Shown piece after piece: positions 55,965 to 64,000 of a stretch of 64,000 nucleotides of DNA. Under the pieces are notes generated by a model. The model was not told the origin of the DNA and ran no database searches. It saw only the letters and a program-made list of their open reading frames with translations. The DNA is from Limnochordia bacterium. GTDB lineage: Bacteria; Bacillota; Limnochordia; Darwinibacteriales; DTU012. Made by a program: the position numbers and the translations under genes. How positions within the stretch are numbered: position 1 is the stretch's first letter; each line of letters begins with the position of its first letter. The stretch lies in assembly GCA_007116995.1 (NCBI GenBank), contig SKHL01000030.1:11525-75524 (forward strand), read 5' to 3'.

Positions 55965-56942
55965 CTATACCATCCTATCTATCCTATCTATTCCACCTTC
56001 ACTAAACCTCTTCGGATACTCGACTAACTTACTCAACAACCCATCATGTAAAAACATTAAATCTTCTTCCCGAACCCCCTCTCCGTACCAATACCTCAGT
56101 AATATCGGCATGAATAGTGAATTAACACACTTAAACTCTCTTCTATGAGGAGTACCCGGAAATATCTTCAGATACCCATCCACATCCGGCAAATACCCCA
56201 CAATAAATCGTTCCACACGTACGTCAAACCCATGTTCCTGTTTCATTTTTGATACAATTTTTGAGATAACAGTATCCTCTAACTTATTATACGTAATAAC
56301 TTCATCACACGTAAAAATCCGAATGTCTTCCAGCCGAAGAACCTTTAATACCTCTTCCAATACAAAACTCATCATATGTTTTTCAATCGTAGTCTGCCTT
56401 CTCGGATTACAGTTACCAAAAATAACCTGTCTAATATACTTCGACTCAATAAAATGTTGAACATCTGTATACCGACTGATAAACTCTTCATATGTCTCTG
56501 AGTTACCCACAATACTAGAGTCAAAGTACTTCAAAGCGGTATAACAACCCTTTACCAGATCAAAACTAATGAACCCCGAATTGATATTACTATGATTGAA
56601 TAGTGACCCCGAACTGATATTACACTTCTTTACCGGAAACCAATTCATATCACACTCATTGAATTCCCGATACCCCTCTGTACCCTTAATATCTGAGATA
56701 ACCCGTTCCTTCAAATCCCCATACGCATCCATATAACTCTTTTCAGAACCAAACTTCGAGACCTCTGAGACAAACTGATCCCACTTCTCTAACGTCCCAA
56801 AATGACTGTCGTATAACTTCAGACGTGAAGTAAAAATCGGCTCCCGAAATATTTTAATCGGAAACCCGTAATTCTTACAAAACCTCTCTTTAATCTTTTC
56901 CGTCATTTCCATATGTACGACCCTCCCTAAATTAGTTACCAC
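55965..56942 (-). CDS. Hypothetical protein (325 aa)
   Basis: Long ORF, no motif recognised. Confidence 0.5.
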   Translation of the reverse strand: MVTNLGRVVHMEMTEKIKERFCKNYGFPIKIFREPIFTSRLKLYDSHFGTLEKWDQFVSEVSKFGSEKSYMDAYGDLKERVISDIKGTEGYREFNECDMNWFPVKKCNISSGSLFNHSNINSGFISFDLVKGCYTALKYFDSSIVGNSETYEEFISRYTDVQHFIESKYIRQVIFGNCNPRRQTTIEKHMMSFVLEEVLKVLRLEDIRIFTCDEVITYNKLEDTVISKIVSKMKQEHGFDVRVERFIVGYLPDVDGYLKIFPGTPHRREFKCVNSLFMPILLRYWYGEGVREEDLMFLHDGLLSKLVEYPKRFSEGGIDRIDRMV

Positions 56943-57136
56943 TCTTCGTCAAGAGAACCCCTCTCCTCTTCTGTCCTTATCTGACCTCCATGTAAAGAAT
57001 TAAGAATAAGAGTTAAATTCACCTGTTGTATCTCAGAGTCACTGTCAGTTTCCTCTGTGTCTATAGTCAAGTCATAATCACCGTACGACTTAATCTTTGT
57101 CAGTCTATTCCAATCCCGATCCTCTCCCATTACCAC
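56936..57136 (-). CDS. Small acidic protein ending ...GSLDEEW (W-tail family)
   Basis: 66 aa (likely ATG at 57130); C-terminal tail shared with the three ORFs upstream. Confidence 0.5.
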   Translation of the reverse strand: MVMGEDRDWNRLTKIKSYGDYDLTIDTEETDSDSEIQQVNLTLILNSLHGGQIRTEEERGSLDEEW

Positions 57137-57330
57137 ACCTCTTCCATAGTCCCACTATCTCTATCCCGAATCTCTTCTTCTTCTCCTGAAATAATAAGAT
57201 ACTGAAACTCACCGTCAAAACACGTTCTGAAACAATCCTTCAAACTAACGTATCCATCTATATACTGATCAAATACAGTAATCTCATCGTCTTCTTCCAC
57301 AAAGAAAACCCTTTCTATGTTATCCATCAT
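57130..57330 (-). CDS. Small acidic protein ending ...SGTMEEVW (W-tail family)
   Basis: 66 aa. Confidence 0.5.
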   Translation of the reverse strand: MMDNIERVFFVEEDDEITVFDQYIDGYVSLKDCFRTCFDGEFQYLIISGEEEEIRDRDSGTMEEVW

Positions 57331-57348
57331 GACTACCTCATTTCTAAC

Positions 57349-57633
57349 CTACCAAACTTCTCTTAATGACCCCAAGTCTTGATTGATTTCTTCTTCCGAC
57401 TTCTCTACTGAAAAAACCACTTCCCACTCTTTCACAACCTCTTTCACGAAAACATCATTTTCGTCATAACCTGATATTTCCACCGTAGTACCCGGCATTC
57501 TCTTTATAGACCCATACCCAGAAGATTCCCAACTATTGTCAGTAAAAGTACACTCAGAAACCAGAATCCTTTTTCCCCGTAATTCCGCAAAGACTCTCTT
57601 TCCTGACATAAAAGAACTATTCCAATCCCTCAT
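57349..57633 (-). CDS. Small protein ending ...GSLREVW (W-tail family)
   Basis: 94 aa; N-terminal MRDWN similar to the EDRDWN of 56936-57136. Confidence 0.5.
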   Translation of the reverse strand: MRDWNSSFMSGKRVFAELRGKRILVSECTFTDNSWESSGYGSIKRMPGTTVEISGYDENDVFVKEVVKEWEVVFSVEKSEEEINQDLGSLREVW

Positions 57634-57636
57634 ATG

Positions 57637-58113
57637 TCACCAATCCTCCATAAGAACACTACCTTCCATATTCTTCTCCATAATTAAATTCTCATAGTCT
57701 ATCACCCACTCTAGGGTGTATACCGTAATACCCAGTAATTTATCCAATCCTTCTATCTTATGATACGACCTAAAATAGTTCTTAACCCAATCCAAGTTCT
57801 CCTGTAGATCCTGTCTGTTACCAATATAATGAGAATTTACAGGAACCGTCTTCATACTCTCATAGTCACAAAACGCATCAATAATCGGAACATATTTAAC
57901 ATAGTGTAACACTCCAGAATAACCTTTTAAATTTACGTCCTCTAGAACCGTATCGTCTTGAGTATTACCCCATAACCGATTCTGATATTTCAACGCCTTT
58001 TTAAGCGAATAAACAGCTACCTGTACCAATTCCTTTATATCCGGTCTCTTCTTACCCAACTCCATGAAATCTGAATTAACGACCCAAGCTAGATCATTTT
58101 CAAAATCCCTCAT
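57637..58113 (-). CDS. Protein ending ...GSVLMEDW (W-tail family)
   Basis: 158 aa; begins MRDFEND; preceded by the CCCGTATATAGG motif at 58140-58158. Confidence 0.5.
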   Translation of the reverse strand: MRDFENDLAWVVNSDFMELGKKRPDIKELVQVAVYSLKKALKYQNRLWGNTQDDTVLEDVNLKGYSGVLHYVKYVPIIDAFCDYESMKTVPVNSHYIGNRQDLQENLDWVKNYFRSYHKIEGLDKLLGITVYTLEWVIDYENLIMEKNMEGSVLMEDW

Positions 58114-58139
58114 AGTATCTCTCTCCTAAACTATAATCC

Positions 58140-58158
58140 ATAGTCCTATATACGGGAA
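58140..58158 (-). promoter_or_regulatory. CCCGTATATAGG motif upstream of the W-tail gene run
   Basis: CTTTTCCCGTATATAGGACTATGG about 30 nt before ATG 58113. Confidence 0.45.
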
Positions 58159-58213
58159 AAGTAACCTAAAGAGAAGGCTACTTTAAATCTTTATACTATG
58201 TTACTATTTTCTA

Positions 58214-58861
58214 CTATCTCCGAAACCCACCCGAACAATATAACGTCTTATATGAATCAGCCTCACGAAACATTTCCCCAAGATTCTCCCGGACAAAATC
58301 TGGGTACATATTCGTGATCTGATATTCTTCACAACCACACTTCTCCGCAATCTCTTTTAATGTACCGACTCTCTTCTGATTAAGATATACATTCCGACCC
58401 ATAACGACCAACTCATTATACTCATACGGAAATACATAACTCTTCACCATATCCACTTTAATCGACCAGTCTTCGTTATAATCATCATAGTAATCCCCAT
58501 CAATCGACTCTCCACACAGACACTTCTGATCGTCACACCAATACTCAAACTTAAACATTCGACCCTCATGTTCGAACATACAATGTTTCTCCGTATCCGG
58601 AAACGAGTGATACAACTCCTGTAGTCTCGTTAGGGTGATAACCATCTGATGAGCACCATAACTAAACTCACCCATATGTTCTGAGTACTCCTCTTTCCAG
58701 TCACTATCCACTGACTCCTTCGAGTAGTACACTATCATAGCAGTCTTTCGTATATCATTTTCCGGATCACTATACGACATCCCCGAGTCCCTACCGTACA
58801 CACTTTCTCTCATCTCCACTTTCCATAAAGGAAAGTGAGTGTTCGCAACTTCCCTATTCAT
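58214..58861 (-). CDS. Cys/His-rich hypothetical protein
   Basis: 215 aa. Confidence 0.45.
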   Translation of the reverse strand: MNREVANTHFPLWKVEMRESVYGRDSGMSYSDPENDIRKTAMIVYYSKESVDSDWKEEYSEHMGEFSYGAHQMVITLTRLQELYHSFPDTEKHCMFEHEGRMFKFEYWCDDQKCLCGESIDGDYYDDYNEDWSIKVDMVKSYVFPYEYNELVVMGRNVYLNQKRVGTLKEIAEKCGCEEYQITNMYPDFVRENLGEMFREADSYKTLYCSGGFRR

Positions 58862-59206
58862 CTGATACCCTCCCTATATCTATCCTATATTTCTTAATCA
58901 TATCCATAGTATCCAGTAACCTACCATGTTCCGGCTCCTTCTTATCGAATAGAGAAACTGTAATTTCCTTATCCTCACTCAATACCTCAGACACCAGAAC
59001 CTCTTTAGTCTATGTACTCGAACGACTCTTTTTATTTATGATCCTTAGAATATACTAACTTTTCTTCTACAACATCCCAGACTTCTCTGTAATCAGTTAT
59101 TTGAGAATCAGTACAAGCAATCGCTTCTTCTAATGTCTCAAACCTCCCGCAACAATCAGTCATTCCTCCGAGAGGGTAATAGTGTTCATAAGAAAAAACA
59201 TAGTAT

Positions 59207-59650
59207 CTATTCATAATTAGAATCCTCCTCAAGTGAATCTATCCTCTTGACAATACCTATCTCTACATGTCTGATCGTCCTATTCTTTAAACCCTGTAAC
59301 TCTTTAATTACTGTATCTACACCATATTCAAACTCTGATAACTCCTTACCACTTATAATACTGTCATTTTGTACAGTATGACCAAAACTATCAACGATAC
59401 CTGATAACCGTCTCCACTGATCAAATAAAACCCTATCTCCCCTAACCTTATACTCAACGTCTTCCATTAACTTCAACATACCATGTAACCAAGCACACGC
59501 CCACGAACCTTTTTTACCATCAATGTTAAGTTTATACGAAACCCCATGAAACGACTGGTTACTCACACCCCCAACAATCCCAATCTTATTTTTAAAACTA
59601 GGGTCAAAAGTTTTCACTATCTTGACCTTACTACCCACCCGATACGACAT
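59207..59650 (-). CDS. Hypothetical protein
   Basis: 147 aa. Confidence 0.4.
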   Translation of the reverse strand: MSYRVGSKVKIVKTFDPSFKNKIGIVGGVSNQSFHGVSYKLNIDGKKGSWACAWLHGMLKLMEDVEYKVRGDRVLFDQWRRLSGIVDSFGHTVQNDSIISGKELSEFEYGVDTVIKELQGLKNRTIRHVEIGIVKRIDSLEEDSNYE

Positions 59651-59665
59651 TATACCGACTCCTCC

Positions 59666-60055
59666 CTAGTCTATATACTTAATAGCGTCCGTTTTTCGAA
59701 ATATCCCAAACCCCCCAATTTCTATCTCATCAAACACAATAACCTCAGAGTCTTCTCTTAACGGTGGTTTAGCGAGAAACGAAGCCCCTATAACATACCC
59801 TTTTAAGTCACCAAGATCCTGAAGTTTTGACTCATTAATGTCTACTACCACTTCTCCTTTCTCTAAATCATACTCCTCTACAATACCAACAGGTTCCATA
59901 ATCCTATCAGGGTCATAACTATACCCTAAATATACGGACTTCCTAGTAGACTCATCCATATTTGAGATAGACTCTCTAAGTGCTTTTTCCGTAATCATGT
60001 ACCCATTCGAGTTTACCCTGTCCGGTTTCGTCACTGTTTTCAGTATAACCCTCAC
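59666..60055 (-). CDS. Hypothetical protein
   Basis: 129 aa. Confidence 0.4.
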   Translation of the reverse strand: MRVILKTVTKPDRVNSNGYMITEKALRESISNMDESTRKSVYLGYSYDPDRIMEPVGIVEEYDLEKGEVVVDINESKLQDLGDLKGYVIGASFLAKPPLREDSEVIVFDEIEIGGFGIFRKTDAIKYID

Positions 60056-60372
60056 TATACCGACCCCCTCAAAATAACTCTAATACTTTCAGCCCCGATA
60101 TGTACAGTATCCCCACAAACAATGTTAACGGGCTTATCAAACTCATACATCGGACTCACTGGACAATCTCCAAACTCCCCAGCAAAAATCTTAAAATAAT
60201 GTATCGAACGTTTCTCCCCATTATACGAAAACCTCATATCATTTACATTCTCAAGTACACCTATACCGTTTTCATCCACAGCAGTCCCAATATACATTAT
60301 CTGTCTTCTATAATTCCCCAACAGTAATTCCTGACCGTCCTCATCAAATAAACCTAGCCAACACCCCTCCAT
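60055..60372 (-). CDS. Hypothetical protein
   Basis: 105 aa. Confidence 0.4.
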   Translation of the reverse strand: MEGCWLGLFDEDGQELLLGNYRRQIMYIGTAVDENGIGVLENVNDMRFSYNGEKRSIHYFKIFAGEFGDCPVSPMYEFDKPVNIVCGDTVHIGAESIRVILRGSV

Positions 60373-60635
60373 TACCTTAAAACCCCCCCCCTTAGTTTAT
60401 GTATCCTTAGACACTTCGTTCTTCTTATCCTTATGATCCCGCAACTGAGACTCAATAGAATCAAGTCTCTTCCACAATATATTCCTTTTAGCCTCAAACT
60501 CAGAAATCCGTATTCGATTCTGAACTTCTAACTCCCGTAACTCTAACCTATCAGACTCCAACTGTCTCTTTAGAAATTCCTCATGACTAATTATCATAGT
60601 ATCTACTCCTTCCTTTCTCTATCATGATCTACTTC

Positions 60636-60908
60636 TTATATCTGAGGATGTGTATCCGTCTCCATAACACGTAAAGTCGCTCTTCTAATCAATTCTTCCA
60701 CATCATATCCCATTTCCGCCAACACAGCTTTCTTACAATACATCATACCTACACCAGATCTTCTCCGTACCTCTCTTACAATATCTTTAAAAATATCATC
60801 TGACACATTCCCATGAATCATAAACAGAAACCTCCCATCTGTACTACTCCTTCCCCTCATATAAAGGATGTAATGGATGTTGAATCGCTCTAGGGTGTGT
60901 GATCTCAT
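60636..60908 (-). CDS. Hypothetical protein
   Basis: 90 aa. Confidence 0.4.
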   Translation of the reverse strand: MRSHTLERFNIHYILYMRGRSSTDGRFLFMIHGNVSDDIFKDIVREVRRRSGVGMMYCKKAVLAEMGYDVEELIRRATLRVMETDTHPQI

Positions 60909-61080
60909 TCCCCTCTATATCCAACCGTTTCCCATCACGGTCAAACCAACCTTCACCACACCCCTCACAAATTGTAAAAAACATATGACCGACCGTACAA
61001 TTCTCGTGATCCTTTAAGTCATTCTCTTCATTCTTACAGCCCCAAACCTCAACCGCACAATCCCAGCAAAAATCAGCCAC
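60844..61080 (-). CDS. Cys-rich small protein
   Basis: CWDC...C...CEGCGEGW. Confidence 0.4.
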   Translation of the reverse strand: MADFCWDCAVEVWGCKNEENDLKDHENCTVGHMFFTICEGCGEGWFDRDGKRLDIEGNEITHPRAIQHPLHPLYEGKE

Positions 61081-61099
61081 GTATCATCACCCTATCCAT

Positions 61100-61192
61100 C
61101 TGATAACTTAGTAGAATGAGAAAGTACAAACTGATAACTTAGTAGAATGAGAAAGTACAAACTGATAACTTAGTAGAATGAGAAAGTACAAA
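61100..61192. repeat. Perfect 31-bp direct repeat x3 (ctgataacttagtagaatgagaaagtacaaa) in a 290-bp intergenic gap
   Basis: Three identical head-to-tail copies at 61100-61130, 61131-61161 and 61162-61192, followed by the partial copy ataact. Confidence 0.85.
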
Positions 61193-61367
61193 ATAACTCC
61201 CTCAGCCGAACTAACACCACTACTACTGATAATCGTAAGAGCTGTAATAAGTACCAACCAAGTCCCAATCACCTTCCACAACATAAATACCCCCCCCTAA
61301 TTTACCATCAGCGTACGTCCTACACCCTGAAACAAAAGAAGGTATACAATCATATACCTTCACAATA

Positions 61368-62021
61368 TTAACCACCTATAGAGACCGTACTTACGTCCAG
61401 TAACGTAGTCTTATGATCCTTCACCTCATACACCTGAGTCGCATACTCCACAATTCTCGGATCATGAGTTACCAATAAAACCTTCAGACCATTCGTCTTA
61501 CAGAACTCCAATAAGAACGACATAAAATAGGGCATCCGATTATTCGAGATAGCAGAAAACCCTTCATCTACAAACAGAACAGGATACGCCTCATAATGAA
61601 GAATAAAGAAAAATTGAAGAATACATCCCACGACCGTACGAATACCCATCCCATTTTTCTTAATATCCGACTTGATCGTGACAATCTGACCGTTCTCTTC
61701 TCTCTTTTCGATAATCCATATAACCGCCTGATTATTCTCCAGAGAAATCTCACACGAGTAATCTTTATCATAAAAAATCGTAGAGATACCATAACTAATT
61801 AAATCCTGAATCTTACTGATAAACTTCGTAGACTCTTCATTAATTAACGTCTCTAAGTACGAATAACCAGCCTGAGTATTCACAATCAATTCATTTAACG
61901 TCTCTAAGTCCTTCGTTTTATCCTCAATATCCTTTTTATTCTTCAAGTAATCCCGTTTCACTGACTCAATCACCGATTGAAACGAGATTACCCGATCCAA
62001 CGCACTTCGAAACTCAATCAT
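61368..62021 (-). CDS. ABC/SMC-type ATPase C-terminal-half-like protein (Walker B, D-loop, H-loop) without a Walker A N-domain
   Basis: PVLFVDEGFSAISNNRM (Walker B hhhhDE) and LKVLLVTHDPRIVEYA (H-loop), as in the C-terminal halves of SbcC/Rad50/RecF/RecN. Only 217 aa. Confidence 0.5.
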   Translation of the reverse strand: MIEFRSALDRVISFQSVIESVKRDYLKNKKDIEDKTKDLETLNELIVNTQAGYSYLETLINEESTKFISKIQDLISYGISTIFYDKDYSCEISLENNQAVIWIIEKREENGQIVTIKSDIKKNGMGIRTVVGCILQFFFILHYEAYPVLFVDEGFSAISNNRMPYFMSFLLEFCKTNGLKVLLVTHDPRIVEYATQVYEVKDHKTTLLDVSTVSIGG

Positions 62022-62041
62022 AATAGATTCCCCTTTCTCAC

Positions 62042-62374
62042 TTACTTAAAGAATACATCGTCCTTTTCTACGTCCTCCCCCTCATTTACCTCACTTGAAT
62101 GTAAGAACATATCAATCTCTTTCTCAATATCCGAAACCGACTCAACCAACTCGTCTCTCAGTCCATGAAAGTACTGTACCGACTCTTCGAAGTTCTCTTT
62201 CCCAGTCAGCTTAAATAACTCCGCTAACTGTTCGTCAATATCCGTATTCACCGTCTTGACTTCTGACTCCAAAGATATTTTCTGGTTATTCAGATCTGTA
62301 ACCATCTTCTGTAGATCGTTAAACTTCTTCTTCACTGACTCCATCTTTTCTAATACGTTAATATTCTCACTCAT
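62042..62374 (-). CDS. Coiled-coil protein immediately upstream of the ABC-ATPase fragment
   Basis: 110 aa, heptad-rich (LEKMESVKKKFNDLQKMVTDLNNQKISLESEVKTVNTDIDEQLAELFKL). Confidence 0.45.
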   Translation of the reverse strand: MSENINVLEKMESVKKKFNDLQKMVTDLNNQKISLESEVKTVNTDIDEQLAELFKLTGKENFEESVQYFHGLRDELVESVSDIEKEIDMFLHSSEVNEGEDVEKDDVFFK

Positions 62375-62394
62375 TAAATAACACCCCTATCTAA

Positions 62395-62595
62395 TTAGTT
62401 TTCTTCCTGACTAAACAGTAATCTTTTTAAGTGATCAGCCAACATAATATCCTGCACATAACTCCCACAACTATCCGGACGTTTCTTACTACCTAAAACA
62501 CATCCTGTACCCGTGTTATCGTTAGGGTTATTCCTCCATCCACAATTCGAACAGATAGACCAGTCAACTGACCACTCTTCTTTCCTACCAAACAT
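62395..62595 (-). CDS. Small Cys-containing protein
   Basis: 66 aa; CSNCGW...C...C. Confidence 0.4.
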   Translation of the reverse strand: MFGRKEEWSVDWSICSNCGWRNNPNDNTGTGCVLGSKKRPDSCGSYVQDIMLADHLKRLLFSQEEN

Positions 62596-62711
62596 CTACA
62601 TATCCCCTTACCGCTTATTTTTTAATGTCATTAACCCTCCATCCTTAAGAAATTCCCGTAACATCCAAACTTTACCCGTAAATTTGAAGATAATGATATT
62701 CTTTTTTTCAC

Positions 62712-62942
62712 TCATGAAATCAAACTCCGTAATTCTTTCTTCACGAGACCCGACTCCATCACATACTCCGGATACTTCTTTTCCTTACACTTTTGATAAC
62801 AAACCTCAATAGCAGGAATTTTATCCTCCTTCTTAAGATCCTTTATATTACTATACGGACAATTATCCAAACAGCACTCCCCTAAACCTGTTTTAAACAT
62901 AATTCCACACGGTAATTTACTCAAATTAAATCCCCCTCCCAT
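62712..62942 (-). CDS. Small Cys-rich protein
   Basis: 76 aa. Confidence 0.4.
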   Translation of the reverse strand: MGGGFNLSKLPCGIMFKTGLGECCLDNCPYSNIKDLKKEDKIPAIEVCYQKCKEKKYPEYVMESGLVKKELRSLIS

Positions 62943-63130
62943 TCTACTTCAAAATCTTATCCATATAACATTCCGTGATATAGACCTCAACACTAACCTT
63001 CACCTTATCCGGTTTTTTGTACTCCAATAAATATTTGATAAAATTTTCAGCCGACTGATAATACGGGCACTCCTTTGTCATGATACAACTATCACACTGA
63101 TCCATCATATCCACAGAAAGTAACCTCCCC

Positions 63131-63565
63131 CTACACCACCACACTCTTACTCCAAAAACCCGGCAATTTATCGTACTCTTTTATATTCTTATCCATATAC
63201 TTCTGATACCGAATCGTACCATACTTGTCCAATCTCTCTTTCCTATGTTCTACGATATCCTTCATCAAGTCATCCAGATCCGTGATAGGGTAGAAGTCCT
63301 TAACGAACCCTCTCTCCGAAACCTCCCGAGATTTTTCCGTCACACTCGTTAGTAGATTAAACCGATAATCCAGATACGCCTTACCCCTATGATCACTAAT
63401 CCGAATACTGTTCGAGACACCGTAATCCAGTTTCAAATACACACTATTACTCGAATAACTTTCGTACAACTGAACAATGAACCCTTCGTCCTTTAACCGT
63501 TCAATTAACGAAGTACACGCGTTCTTAATCAATGACCTACTCTTTTTCTTCTTAAACCGTACCAC
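63131..63565 (-). CDS. Hypothetical basic protein
   Basis: 144 aa. Confidence 0.45.
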   Translation of the reverse strand: MVRFKKKKSRSLIKNACTSLIERLKDEGFIVQLYESYSSNSVYLKLDYGVSNSIRISDHRGKAYLDYRFNLLTSVTEKSREVSERGFVKDFYPITDLDDLMKDIVEHRKERLDKYGTIRYQKYMDKNIKEYDKLPGFWSKSVVV

Positions 63566-63579
63566 AAATCGACACCCCC

Positions 63580-63846
63580 CTACTCCTCTTTTAAGATAGA
63601 ATTCAACATACTATCAAACACCGAATCACCCGATTCCCCGAACTGTTCCTTAAACTCCCGATACGACTTAAGACACACGACCTTATTACTACTATCTTTT
63701 TCAGACACACCTACAAGACAATCCAAGTTCCCAATAACCAATTCAGTCTGATCACGAGTATCCACTACCCGAACCGTAACACTAGGAGATATCTCCTCCA
63801 AGATAACCCTTCGATACCAAGACCGAATCTTACTCAATATTCTCAT
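63580..63846 (-). CDS. Hypothetical protein
   Basis: 88 aa; ATGA-coupled to the partial upstream ORF. Confidence 0.45.
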   Translation of the reverse strand: MRILSKIRSWYRRVILEEISPSVTVRVVDTRDQTELVIGNLDCLVGVSEKDSSNKVVCLKSYREFKEQFGESGDSVFDSMLNSILKEE

Positions 63847-64000
63847 ACATCTCCCATCCTTATAGGGTATTTATACGGCAAATGAAACTCTTCCCCACAA
63901 GACACACACCGATACTTATGAATAAGCGGACCATAAGTCTCCACTAACTCCAGACACCCGTTACAGTCATTTCCATGTTTCACGTCTAACAGATGATTCC
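63843..64000 (-). CDS. Partial Cys-rich ORF; the N-terminus lies beyond the right edge of the window
   Basis: The minus-strand frame ...KHGNDCNGCLELVETYGPLIHKYRCVSCGEEFHLPYKYPIRMGDV-stop has its TGA overlapping the ATG at 63846. Confidence 0.4.
   Translation of the reverse strand, partial: NHLLDVKHGNDCNGCLELVETYGPLIHKYRCVSCGEEFHLPYKYPIRMGDV

Noticed and set aside
57633-57640. Possible stop-codon readthrough fusing the W-tail genes (in-frame TGA-CAT-ATG and TAG-18nt-ATG junctions)
   Set aside because: Two of three junctions happen to be in frame, but each downstream gene has its own start, the third junction is out of frame, and in-frame spacing is expected by chance one time in three. There is no evidence for recoding.
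61100-61192. CRISPR array interpretation of the 31-bp repeats
   Set aside because: The copies are directly abutting with no spacers, there are only three, and there are no cas genes. This is a simple tandem repeat (iteron-like), not a CRISPR array.

Overview
This window looks like a 64-kb segment of a large virulent dsDNA bacteriophage genome. All convincing genes lie on the minus strand, about 110 tightly packed ORFs often joined by ATGA or 4-nt start/stop overlaps. The plus-strand ORFs in the track are low-complexity artefacts of a strong strand bias: the + strand is very G-poor, so the coding strand is G-rich. Strong GGAGG/AGAGAGGGG-type ribosome-binding sites suggest a low-GC Gram-positive host, though this is inference.

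Recognisable content by region:
- Left edge: a partial large terminase (Walker A/B plus nuclease motifs) running off the window.
- Replication and recombination: AAA+ clamp loader, SSB with an acidic C-terminal tip, RNase H, DEDDh exonuclease, Toprim protein, Dda/RecD-like SF1 helicase, Mre11/SbcD-like nuclease, and a C-terminal ABC-ATPase fragment.
- Nucleotide metabolism: dUTPase, thymidine kinase, HD phosphohydrolase, nucleoside-deoxyribosyltransferase-like protein, spermidine-synthase-like protein, and a PLP-dependent ACC-deaminase/D-Cys-desulfhydrase-fold enzyme.
- DNA methyltransferase (SPPY motif).
- Translation and proteostasis: peptide deformylase, PTH2-type peptidyl-tRNA hydrolase, HslV-like Ntn peptidase, tRNA-Ser(UGA) and tRNA-Arg(UCU).
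- Cell wall: lytic transglycosylase and a LysM protein.
- Candidate anti-defence or host-takeover proteins: NADAR, DUF4326-like, standalone JAB/MPN, DHH-DHHA1 phosphoesterase, two HExxH metallopeptidases.

Three features stand out: (1) a perfectly conserved ~45-bp sigma70/sigmaA-consensus promoter copied six times (TTGACT, 17-nt spacer, TGgTATACT), each just after a terminator hairpin; (2) a different conserved intergenic motif, TTTTTyCCGTATAtAG on the coding strand, found about 20 times in the 10-70 nt upstream of start codons and often fused to hairpin-plus-T-run terminators, which I read as a candidate phage-specific middle/late promoter; (3) a run of four small proteins whose unrelated bodies all end in a shared C-terminal G/S-S-L/M-x-E-E/V-W tail.

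Other features are a tandem four-paralog array with one copy carrying a TGG to TAG disruption, a perfect 31-bp x3 tandem repeat, a roughly 250-nt ORF-less promoter-to-terminator unit that may be an ncRNA, and a free-standing degenerate Hint/LAGLIDADG-like ORF after dut.
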